20,000 nucleotides of DNA, from the IMG/VR virus record IMGVR_UViG_3300047319_001119. One strand, 5' to 3'. The position numbers and the translations under genes were made by a program. Source of the DNA: an uncultured virus (IMG/VR IMGVR_UViG_3300047319_001119). Lineage: Duplodnaviria > Heunggongvirae > Uroviricota > Caudoviricetes. Shown here in pieces: positions 6,604-13,535 of the stretch; the first letter of the stretch is position 1, and the number at the start of each line of letters is the position of its first letter. Under the pieces are notes generated by a model. It was not told where the DNA came from. It saw only the letters and a program-made list of their open reading frames with translations, and ran no database searches.

Positions 6604-9600
6604 GGGTCAACGTATTGGAGATTGGAAATAAGAGGCGAGTTGCCGGTCGGAAAAGGAAGCACGTATTCCCACGGCCCACCGACCTGCACGATTGCCACGC
6701 AAGTTTCAAGCGTAGAAAGGTGGTCAATGGTCGTGCGCGCAAAGCTGCGGCCTATCGTGACCGCCTGAGTAATCGCCAGCGCGTCAGTGGTTCCTCGAGT
6801 TACCGCCAGCGTGCGGATCGCGGCCTCGGCAGTCCCGAGCGCGTCCAGAGCGATGCGGGTAAAAGTGCCGGTGCTTCGGACTGCGCTGACCGCTTGCGCG
6901 ATTAAAAGCGCGTCGAACGAGCTGCGGAGAGCCGCCAGCGCACGCTGCGCGCTTTCACCCGTGGCGAGGGAATCGATCGCGCTGCGGGCGAGCGTCCCGA
7001 ACCTGCTGGCAACCGCGAGCTCGGCGGTGGACAACGCATCGGTCGCGGATCGCGGATGCGTGGCGCTCTTGGTAATCGCCTCGGCGGTATGCGGCGCGTC
7101 GAGCGCCGTGCGCGCGGTGGTGACAGCTCGTGCCACCGATTCGGCCAGGAGCGGGTTGTCTGAGCAGGATCGGAGCGCCGCCAGCACGCGCTTGGCGCTT
7201 TCACTGGTGGACAGATTCTCCGAAGCGGTGCGCTGAACAAAGGCGAACTTGGTCGCCACCACTGATTCCGAAGTGCTAAGAACGTCAGTCGCCGTGCGTA
7301 ACAGGGTGACGAGCCGGATAACGCTTTCGGTGGTGGAAAGGTTATCGACCGCGGATCGACTAATTGAGGCGGTTGTGCGCGCGGCGGTGGCGCTCTCAAG
7401 GGTGTTACACGCATCAACGACGCTGCGGAACAGGGTTAGAAGCCGAGCTGCGGCGTCGGCGGTAAAGATCGCCTCAGTGACGCTCCGGTTAGTCGCCCAC
7501 GCTCGGGTGGCTGTGTCGGCGGTTGTGAGCGCGTCAGTAGCCGTGCGGATCTTCGGCGCTGCGCGAACGGCGACGTCAGCGGTGGTCAACGCCTCGGCGG
7601 CCGCGCGAGGGTGCGTCGCGGTTTTACTGATCGCCTCCGAGGTCGAAAGCGATTCAGTGGCGGTGCGACTGATCGAGGCGGTTCCGCGTACCGCACTCGC
7701 GCTTTCTGAGGTCGAGAGCGCGTCAGTGGCCGTGCGCGAATGGATCGATCCTTCGACGGCCAGCTCCGCTGTCGTAAGAGAATCAGGAACACTTCGGAGC
7801 AGGCTCCCGACCCAATCGGCGCTCTCGGCAGTTGCCAGCGCCTCAGTAGCGAGGCGCAACCGGCCCGAAAGGAAGCTGGCGACTTCGGCGGTCGTCAGCG
7901 CATCGGCGGCGGTACGAGGATGCGCGGCGGTCTTAGTTATCGCTTCAGCAGTCGTCGGCGCGTCGGTAGCGGTGCGCGGGTGCGTAGCAGTCTTGGTGAT
8001 CGCTTCGGCGGTTGCGAGCGCGTCAGTGGCCGTGCGAGGATGCGCTGCGGAGTTAGCAATGGCTTCCGCGATTGAAAGCGCGTCGGTGGCGGTGCGGGTT
8101 TTAGGCGCGGCGCGAGTGGCCGATTCAGCGGTGGAGAGAGATTCGGTGGCGGTTCGGCTGATGGAAACGCCAGCGGTGATGATGGAACGAGTCGCGGCCT
8201 CGGCTGAGGTCGGTGCGTCAGTGGCCGTGCGGACAACGTTTATTGCGCGGTTGGCCCCAGGATTAGTGCCAATTATCCCATCGGCTTTCCACCAACCGGC
8301 CAAGCCGGTCATCGCGCCTATGTCCACGACGCTGCCAACAGGAACCGAAATTCCGTACTTGGTACCTAGAGTCTGGCAAACGTTGTCGAAGGTGCCGCCG
8401 AACGACAGGCCGACCGAGAAATGCACCACTTCGGCTACGTCACCGGTGCCGAAAGCCATTCTATCGAAATCCCCTGAGTTGGGTTGCGCCCCGGATGCAG
8501 TGACAGCGTTTACGCCATCAATGACCAGAAAATGCGTCGAACCATCATCGTAAGACGCTCCGCTGAACACATGGAATCCGGTTTGGAGTGTGCCGACGTT
8601 GTAGCCACCCCTGTTTATCAAGAGCGAATACGGTCCACCGCCAGCGTTAGCTAGAATCGGCCTGCCTGCGTCGTTGCCGCTCATTCCCTGAATGGTGTCC
8701 GCCGGAGCCGAACTCATTACAGCGAACGTGCACCACTGGGCAGCACCGCTGATCGGGGTGGTTAAAGAAAAAGATCCACCCACCAAACGCACTACCGGTT
8801 TGCCGTTGAGAATGCTCTCCTTGAATACCGCCGTGCCTGCCGTGAGTGTGCCGTTGTTCCCATTTGCGCTACTGTCAGGAAATGCCGGTACTGCGTCGCC
8901 GTCGCTTGGGGCTGCGCCCTTATCCGAGACTGCTTTAAGCGACTCGGTCGTGGTGCGAACAATGGGCGCGTGAACGACAACTGCGGTGGCTGACTCAGAA
9001 ACCGAAGCCGAATCATTGGCGCTCCGTTTAAAATTAGCGATCCAATCAGCGGCCTCGGCAGTAGATGGCGAGTCGGTAACAGGCCGGACAAAAGCACCAC
9101 TGCGAACAAGCGATTCAACCGGCTTGAGATTAGAAATCGGCCCTTCGATTGTCGTGCGGGACCAATCTATTGTCCGAGTGAGAACTTCGGTGGGCTTGAG
9201 GTTGGACAGCGGCCCTTCCTGGGTGGTGCGGGTGAGAGACTGCGTGGCGAATTTGAACGACGCCCCTACCACAGCCATTCCCGAGATACTCGTCGTGATG
9301 GAAGCAGTCATCACGGCGGTATCCGCGCCTGAGTTGGAGTTGGTGGCTAGGGCGTATCCAAACGAGTAGTGAGTGAGGCTGGAAACTCCGTTGTTGTTTC
9401 CAGCCTGCGTGATCGTGGCGTGATTAGACGTTAAAGTATCGACCGTAGCTCTGGCCGTGCTGCGGGAATCTACCGATGCTATGAGTAGTAATTCACCGGA
9501 CGCCGCATCAGTCCCACCTGAGGTCGCAGTTACAGGCGACGAAGCAGCACCAGCGTTTCCACTTTGGTCTACAGGGCTAGATGCAGCGTTACCTGAAAAC

Positions 9601-9908
9601 TCAGCTAACTGTGCAACAATCACCGCGCCCGTTATGGCGGCAAGGGTAGGGGCAGCGTCTGCTCCAGTGGCTATCTTGTAGAAAACCGCAGCCGAATTGA
9701 AGCTCGTGCCACCGGAAGCGACACCAGCGGTGGTCCAGCCACTCGGTGGAAAAGCACCAATTGTAGATCCTGACCCCGTAGCCGAAGCGAAGCAGACCAA
9801 CAGGTTGCCTGCTGTTCTACTTTCGCCTGTTCCCCACGCAGGGGTGACTGCTGATCCGGCTGTTCCTACCGAAACTGCGCCGATTGTGCCGACAAGCGCG
9901 TAGGCCAC
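6600..9908 (-). CDS. Large putative fibre/adhesin protein, 1102 aa: N-terminal beta-sandwich, repeats, LamG/ConA-like domain, about 25 further 20-aa repeats
   Basis: N-terminal GNLLV...PPSGWT...VFYKIA domain of the kind seen in phage minor tail proteins; DSSANGNNG...GDVAEVVHF...LGTKYGI lectin-like motifs; RTATDALxTAE repeats. Confidence 0.8.
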   Translation of the reverse strand: MAYALVGTIGAVSVGTAGSAVTPAWGTGESRTAGNLLVCFASATGSGSTIGAFPPSGWTTAGVASGGTSFNSAAVFYKIATGADAAPTLAAITGAVIVAQLAEFSGNAASSPVDQSGNAGAASSPVTATSGGTDAASGELLLIASVDSRSTARATVDTLTSNHATITQAGNNNGVSSLTHYSFGYALATNSNSGADTAVMTASITTSISGMAVVGASFKFATQSLTRTTQEGPLSNLKPTEVLTRTIDWSRTTIEGPISNLKPVESLVRSGAFVRPVTDSPSTAEAADWIANFKRSANDSASVSESATAVVVHAPIVRTTTESLKAVSDKGAAPSDGDAVPAFPDSSANGNNGTLTAGTAVFKESILNGKPVVRLVGGSFSLTTPISGAAQWCTFAVMSSAPADTIQGMSGNDAGRPILANAGGGPYSLLINRGGYNVGTLQTGFHVFSGASYDDGSTHFLVIDGVNAVTASGAQPNSGDFDRMAFGTGDVAEVVHFSVGLSFGGTFDNVCQTLGTKYGISVPVGSVVDIGAMTGLAGWWKADGIIGTNPGANRAINVVRTATDAPTSAEAATRSIITAGVSISRTATESLSTAESATRAAPKTRTATDALSIAEAIANSAAHPRTATDALATAEAITKTATHPRTATDAPTTAEAITKTAAHPRTAADALTTAEVASFLSGRLRLATEALATAESADWVGSLLRSVPDSLTTAELAVEGSIHSRTATDALSTSESASAVRGTASISRTATESLSTSEAISKTATHPRAAAEALTTADVAVRAAPKIRTATDALTTADTATRAWATNRSVTEAIFTADAAARLLTLFRSVVDACNTLESATAARTTASISRSAVDNLSTTESVIRLVTLLRTATDVLSTSESVVATKFAFVQRTASENLSTSESAKRVLAALRSCSDNPLLAESVARAVTTARTALDAPHTAEAITKSATHPRSATDALSTAELAVASRFGTLARSAIDSLATGESAQRALAALRSSFDALLIAQAVSAVRSTGTFTRIALDALGTAEAAIRTLAVTRGTTDALAITQAVTIGRSFARTTIDHLSTLETCVAIVQVGGPWEYVLPFPTGNSPLISNLQYVDP
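6690..8235 (-). repeat. Degenerate coding tandem repeat, mostly 60-bp/20-aa units, about 25 copies
   Basis: Units such as RTATDALATAEAITKTATHP and RTATDAPTTAEAITKTAAHP; the 60-nt period is visible at 7921/7981/8041; some units are 22-27 aa. Confidence 0.9.
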
Positions 9909-9909
9909 A

Positions 9910-10119
9910 TCATCGCCTACCTATGTGTCTCAGAATTTCCTCGCCGTTCCCGTGAACCGGGACGATTCCCTCGGCTTTCGCTTTGGCGTGCAGCTCGTCG
10001 ATCGCTTTCTCGGCCAGTTTGAGCATGGCGTAAGAGAGCATCCGGTTTTGGATCGGTCCCGACACCGCCACTTGGCCGGTCGAGGGATCGAAAACGATAG
10101 TAAGCGTGACCTTTTCCAT
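9910..10119 (-). CDS. Hypothetical protein, 69 aa
   Basis: TAATG overlap with the upstream small ORF, AGGAG RBS, stop 1 nt before the next start. Confidence 0.75.
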   Translation of the reverse strand: MEKVTLTIVFDPSTGQVAVSGPIQNRMLSYAMLKLAEKAIDELHAKAKAEGIVPVHGNGEEILRHIGRR

Positions 10120-10229
10120 TACGGCTCCTGCGGCTGCGGCTGAGGTAATGGCAGCGGCGGCGGTTGCACGACGAGGGTTTGCAAGAATTTCTCTTGCTCC
10201 TCGCTAAGCGGTAAAACTTCTGCGTTCAT
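10119..10229 (-). CDS. Small Pro/Gln-rich peptide, 36 aa (MNAEVLPLSEEQEKFLQTLVVQPPPLPLPQPQPQEP), absent from the ORF track
   Basis: ATG 1 nt after the upstream TAG; its TAA overlaps the next ATG; fills the gap exactly. Confidence 0.55.
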   Translation of the reverse strand: MNAEVLPLSEEQEKFLQTLVVQPPPLPLPQPQPQEP

Positions 10230-10230
10230 T

Positions 10231-11022
10231 CTAGCCAGAGAGCGTGATCGTGTCTGTGACTGTGAGCGTGTCGCCGTTGCCAACCGTGGCGTCCAAGTTC
10301 AGGACAGTTTCAAAAACCATGATGCCGCCGCTCGTGCCGCCTGCTGGCAGCGCGTTGGTAAAGAGCCCCATCTTGTGTAGCGCGGTGATCGTGCCGGTGA
10401 TCGAGTACACGACCTGCATCGTGTAGGTGGCCGTGGCTGCGGTGTGCGCGTAGGTGGACTTGGTGCGCGAGCAGCCGTTGGCGTTGTTCTCAGTCGCCAG
10501 AACGGTGTCAGCCGCGTTGGCTGCGGCCGAGTCGGTGGTAAGCGCCATGAAACGCGGAATACAGCAGGGGATAATTGAGTAACCGTTGGTGCTAGTCGGG
10601 GTCGTTGCGGCTGCGCCGTCGGCGGCGTTCCACCATTGGTCGACGGTGAGAACGGTGGTCGAGTTGGTGCCGATGTTGCCATAGGTGGGTTCAGTGGCGA
10701 GTGCGGTTTCAGAAGCATATACGCGCCAGCCTTTGTACTGGTCGGCAGTCATACCGCCGCCAGCCGGAGTAGCGCTGGTGGCCGTGGTCGCGGTGAGCGC
10801 GCCACCTTTCATCGGAGCGTGGCCAAAGGCTGCGGCCCACAAGTCGCGCCCAGCGTTAGTGAGCAGGTTAGTCGAAATGCCAAGGTCATCTATGTCGCCG
10901 TTTTTACGCCGGATATAGGCGTGAACGTGGTTAGGGCCGAGGCGCAGTTTCGTCACTGGTTTGCCGTTGCGCATCACAGTGAACATTGCGCCGTCTTTAA
11001 GGGGTTGGATTAGATGATTCAT
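10231..11022 (-). CDS. Phage tail-collar/fibre-base-like structural protein, 263 aa
   Basis: NLLTNAGR...MAL......A.DT.LATE....R...GLF....GG.M.......T...GDTLTVT.TI is the pattern of tail-collar/fibre N-terminal type domains; GAGG RBS. Confidence 0.7.
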   Translation of the reverse strand: MNHLIQPLKDGAMFTVMRNGKPVTKLRLGPNHVHAYIRRKNGDIDDLGISTNLLTNAGRDLWAAAFGHAPMKGGALTATTATSATPAGGGMTADQYKGWRVYASETALATEPTYGNIGTNSTTVLTVDQWWNAADGAAATTPTSTNGYSIIPCCIPRFMALTTDSAAANAADTVLATENNANGCSRTKSTYAHTAATATYTMQVVYSITGTITALHKMGLFTNALPAGGTSGGIMVFETVLNLDATVGNGDTLTVTDTITLSG

Positions 11023-11027
11023 GGTGT

Positions 11028-11282
11028 TTAGCCTCTGTCTTTTGCGCCCATGCGCTCGGTAGCGGTGGCGGTTTTCTTTTTGCCCTTGGGTGGCCCCGAC
11101 ACTTTTGCTTTGTGCGTGGACTCAGCCAGGACGATCCAGTTCTCGGGGTCGCCGTCGCCATGCCCGCAAATGCGACAGGATCGAGGAACGGGATTTTCGC
11201 CGGCAGCTTCCGCGATTTCCTTGGTGCCGCAGTTAGCACACTGGAAAGCGAACTTAGGTTCGGCGGTTGCTGTTTCTGCCAT
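11028..11282 (-). CDS. Small zinc-ribbon protein, 84 aa
   Basis: CANC...CRICG; basic C terminus. Confidence 0.7.
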   Translation of the reverse strand: MAETATAEPKFAFQCANCGTKEIAEAAGENPVPRSCRICGHGDGDPENWIVLAESTHKAKVSGPPKGKKKTATATERMGAKDRG

Positions 11283-11290
11283 TGGCGCGC

Positions 11291-11329
11291 GTTGTGCCGC
11301 ACCGCTGCGATCAAGTCAACGTTTTTTTA
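11291..11329 (-). promoter_or_regulatory. Candidate sigma70-like promoter for the structural cassette
   Basis: Minus strand: A7 tract, TTGACT (11319-11314), 17-nt spacer, weak -10 CACAAC (11296-11291), 8 nt before ATG 11282. Confidence 0.4.
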
Positions 11330-11800
11330 TTGGATCCTCGTCCAACGCCCATCCTTGTCGCGCTGGTGCATTTCAAAAAGGATTTGCGGCCACCACGCGC
11401 GACACCCTTTGAAGCGCACCATGTCGCGCTCGCTGATCCACGGCCCTTTCACTTCGATTACCTTGTTCTGCCAGTGTTCGGTGGTCGGCAGGATGACGTA
11501 GAAGTCCGGTTTGTAATACATCGCCAGACCTGTCTCGGGATCGATGCCCCATTTGAGCCGGATGCCCTCGAACTCATAGCGGACGATTTCGCCGTTCTGC
11601 TTCTGCGCTTGTAACAGCAGCGCGTATTCTTTTTCCGGCCTTGTCATTCGCCGCGGCCTCGCGCGTGTCAGGACTTGGGGTGGCAGGCACGAAGGCGGCA
11701 CGCCCTTGGCTTCGTCGATCAGGAACTTCGGCAGCTTTATCTGGCCTTTGGCTGCGAGATTCCTCTGGTGTGCTTCGGCTTCCGCTCGTGTCTTGATCAT
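11327..11800 (-). CDS. DUF1064-like PD-(D/E)XK endonuclease, 157 aa
   Basis: EKEYA.LL.....GEI..YE....YKPDFYV...VIEVKG; strong AAGGAG RBS. Confidence 0.75.
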   Translation of the reverse strand: MIKTRAEAEAHQRNLAAKGQIKLPKFLIDEAKGVPPSCLPPQVLTRARPRRMTRPEKEYALLLQAQKQNGEIVRYEFEGIRLKWGIDPETGLAMYYKPDFYVILPTTEHWQNKVIEVKGPWISERDMVRFKGCRAWWPQILFEMHQRDKDGRWTRIQ

Positions 11801-12056
11801 GTTGCTCCTTCTTAGAATCTGCCGGATGAGTGCAACTACTCTGACTCACTTGGGTCTTGGGTTTTTGCTCACCTGTGCCTCCGGCAGATTTCCGAAACTC
11901 CTTGGCATCAGGACAAGTAGCCCAGTGAGCTACGTGCCTGTCGCGACGAAAGTAGTAATCGCCTTCCTTCACGGTGTCGGCGTTGACCGGCATATTTGCG
12001 CCCTTAACGGTTTTGAGCCACACGATTTCGGCTCCGCAGCGTTTGCATTTGCTCAT
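11574..12056 (-). CDS. Phage Zn-binding protein (MSKCKRCGAEIVWLKT...MPVN...HWATCP) with a long low-complexity tail overlapping the next gene
   Basis: CxxC...HxxxC pattern common in phage small proteins; GGTGA RBS; the first in-frame stop is at 11574. Confidence 0.65.
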   Translation of the reverse strand: MSKCKRCGAEIVWLKTVKGANMPVNADTVKEGDYYFRRDRHVAHWATCPDAKEFRKSAGGTGEQKPKTQVSQSSCTHPADSKKEQHDQDTSGSRSTPEESRSQRPDKAAEVPDRRSQGRAAFVPATPSPDTREAAANDKAGKRIRAAVTSAEAERRNRPL

Positions 12057-12063
12057 GTCGAGT

Positions 12064-12672
12064 TCACCATTCTGCGTCATCGGGATCGTTCGGGTTACAC
12101 CCTGGTATCGGCAGCGCCGCCGCCTGACCGTAGGGATCAGGATGATGAGGAAGTTTTTCAGCCGGCGAGCGCGATTTCTCCCGCGACTCCTTTTTTGGTT
12201 TATGGGCAGGCATGGACGCCTTTTTGATCGCCTTTTTGATACCGGCTGAAATTCGGCCTTCGCGCGCGTCGGCGGCTTTGATCCCGAGAGCGGTCGCCAG
12301 CGTGAGGCGGTTGGGCCACTCGCGTTCTTTGAGGATCTGTTCGCGCGCGGCCTCGCATATTTGGGAGAAGGCTTCGCGTCCGCCATAGCCTTCAATTTCC
12401 TCTGGCCGCGCAGCGAGCAACTTGTCCGCGTGGACTTTATAACTTTCGTAAACTGGATCTGTCATGTTCCTTTCTCGCCAGATCCTCATGGCTTCAAGCG
12501 GGACCATCCCGCAGCGCATGTAGATCGTGACTGTTCTCTTTTTGTCTTTCTCGTCGATTGGAAATTCGAGGGCAATGTAGGGCTCGCCTTTTAACTCGAT
12601 GTAAACGCCCGCTTTCCCGCTCCAGAGCGTCAGCTTATCCCCATCAGACAAACCGCCGATTACGTCACGCAT
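12064..12672 (-). CDS. Hypothetical protein, 202 aa (possible internal start at 12465)
   Basis: Fills the gap after the methyltransferase; an internal GAAAGGA RBS precedes MTDPVYESY. Confidence 0.65.
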   Translation of the reverse strand: MRDVIGGLSDGDKLTLWSGKAGVYIELKGEPYIALEFPIDEKDKKRTVTIYMRCGMVPLEAMRIWRERNMTDPVYESYKVHADKLLAARPEEIEGYGGREAFSQICEAAREQILKEREWPNRLTLATALGIKAADAREGRISAGIKKAIKKASMPAHKPKKESREKSRSPAEKLPHHPDPYGQAAALPIPGCNPNDPDDAEW

Positions 12673-13535
12673 AGAAACGGCTTCATGTTGAGGATGATTT
12701 GGTAGGCGACTTGCGGGACGATCGAGTTTCCCAATGCCGCAAGTATTGAGCGGTGTAGCCCATTAACCACATCGAGAGATTCGTCAGGCGCTCGACGAAC
12801 GTATCCATCTTCGCAAGGCACCCATACGCAGGGTTGCCAGCCGACTTGAGCGCATGAGGCAACTGGTCGGTCCTGCTCTTGCCGTCCAGACGATTCATCG
12901 CCCAGACTCCATCGCTCGTGTCCTTGATGTCCCTCGACCTCGGCGTCGGCCAGCCCGCGATCGCGTCGACCAGGGTCGTGCCCGTTTTGGCTCCTCGAGC
13001 AATTCGCGCCTCGTTCGACTCCGGTCCGTGGCGGCTCACTACCGGCGTCGGCCACGTTGCGAAATCCAACCACCCAGTACCGCTGCCGGATCTGAGGGGA
13101 GTCCACGGCACAAGCCGGAATATCGAATGTCCGAACCTCGTACCCGATCCGCTCCAGCGTAAAAAGGATTCCGTCGAAGTCCAAGTCGATGATTCCAAGA
13201 GGCGTTTCGAGAACAAATCCATCCGGCTCGACTTCCGCAAGCACTCGCAAAGTTTCCTGCCAGAGCCAGCGGTCATCATCCTCGCCTCGTTGCTGCCCGG
13301 CTCGACTGCTTGGCTGACATGGCGGTCCTCCGGTAAGAAGGGTAGCGCCGCGGTACCGTCGTCCGTCGAAGGAACGTATATCGGGATGGGGTTGGAGTCC
13401 GTGGGATCGTGTAAGGAAAGCCCGACACCGCTCGTCACGCTCACACATGGCAACAGTTCGGAATCCGGCCCACCCAGCGGCAACTGCGAATCCTCCGAGT
13501 CCGGTGAAAAGATCAACGTGAGTTGGCTCATTCAT
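12660..13535 (-). CDS. DNA (cytosine-5)-methyltransferase, catalytic (alpha-like) chain
   Basis: Motif I DLFTGLGG, IV GGPPCQP, VI FVLETP (ENV variant), VIII PQIRQRYWVVG, X LGNSIVPQVA; no motif IX in this frame. Start is ATG 13535 or GTG 13538. Confidence 0.9.
   Translation of the reverse strand: MNEPTHVDLFTGLGGFAVAAGWAGFRTVAMCERDERCRAFLTRSHGLQPHPDIRSFDGRRYRGATLLTGGPPCQPSSRAGQQRGEDDDRWLWQETLRVLAEVEPDGFVLETPLGIIDLDFDGILFTLERIGYEVRTFDIPACAVDSPQIRQRYWVVGFRNVADAGSEPPRTGVERGANCSRSQNGHDPGRRDRGLADAEVEGHQGHERWSLGDESSGRQEQDRPVASCAQVGWQPCVWVPCEDGYVRRAPDESLDVVNGLHRSILAALGNSIVPQVAYQIILNMKPFLCVT
12683..13531 (-). CDS. Nested alternative-frame ORF, 282 aa: putative second (beta-like) chain of the C5 methyltransferase
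   Basis: Its ATG overlaps the upstream gene's TGA (ATGA 13531-13528); two WPTP repeats and a motif IX-like RLTNLSMWLMGY. Confidence 0.7.
   Translation of the reverse strand: MSQLTLIFSPDSEDSQLPLGGPDSELLPCVSVTSGVGLSLHDPTDSNPIPIYVPSTDDGTAALPFLPEDRHVSQAVEPGSNEARMMTAGSGRKLCECLRKSSRMDLFSKRLLESSTWTSTESFLRWSGSGTRFGHSIFRLVPWTPLRSGSGTGWLDFATWPTPVVSRHGPESNEARIARGAKTGTTLVDAIAGWPTPRSRDIKDTSDGVWAMNRLDGKSRTDQLPHALKSAGNPAYGCLAKMDTFVERLTNLSMWLMGYTAQYLRHWETRSSRKSPTKSSST

Noticed and set aside
6690..8235. Periodic repeats as a possible CRISPR array
   Set aside because: The units are degenerate, in frame and protein-coding, with no constant repeat/unique spacer pattern and no cas genes.
7249..8553. 434-aa + strand ORF, and other + strand ORFs across 3586-9903
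   Set aside because: Antisense shadows of Ala/Thr/Ser-rich repeat genes; no RBS, coupling or independent motifs.
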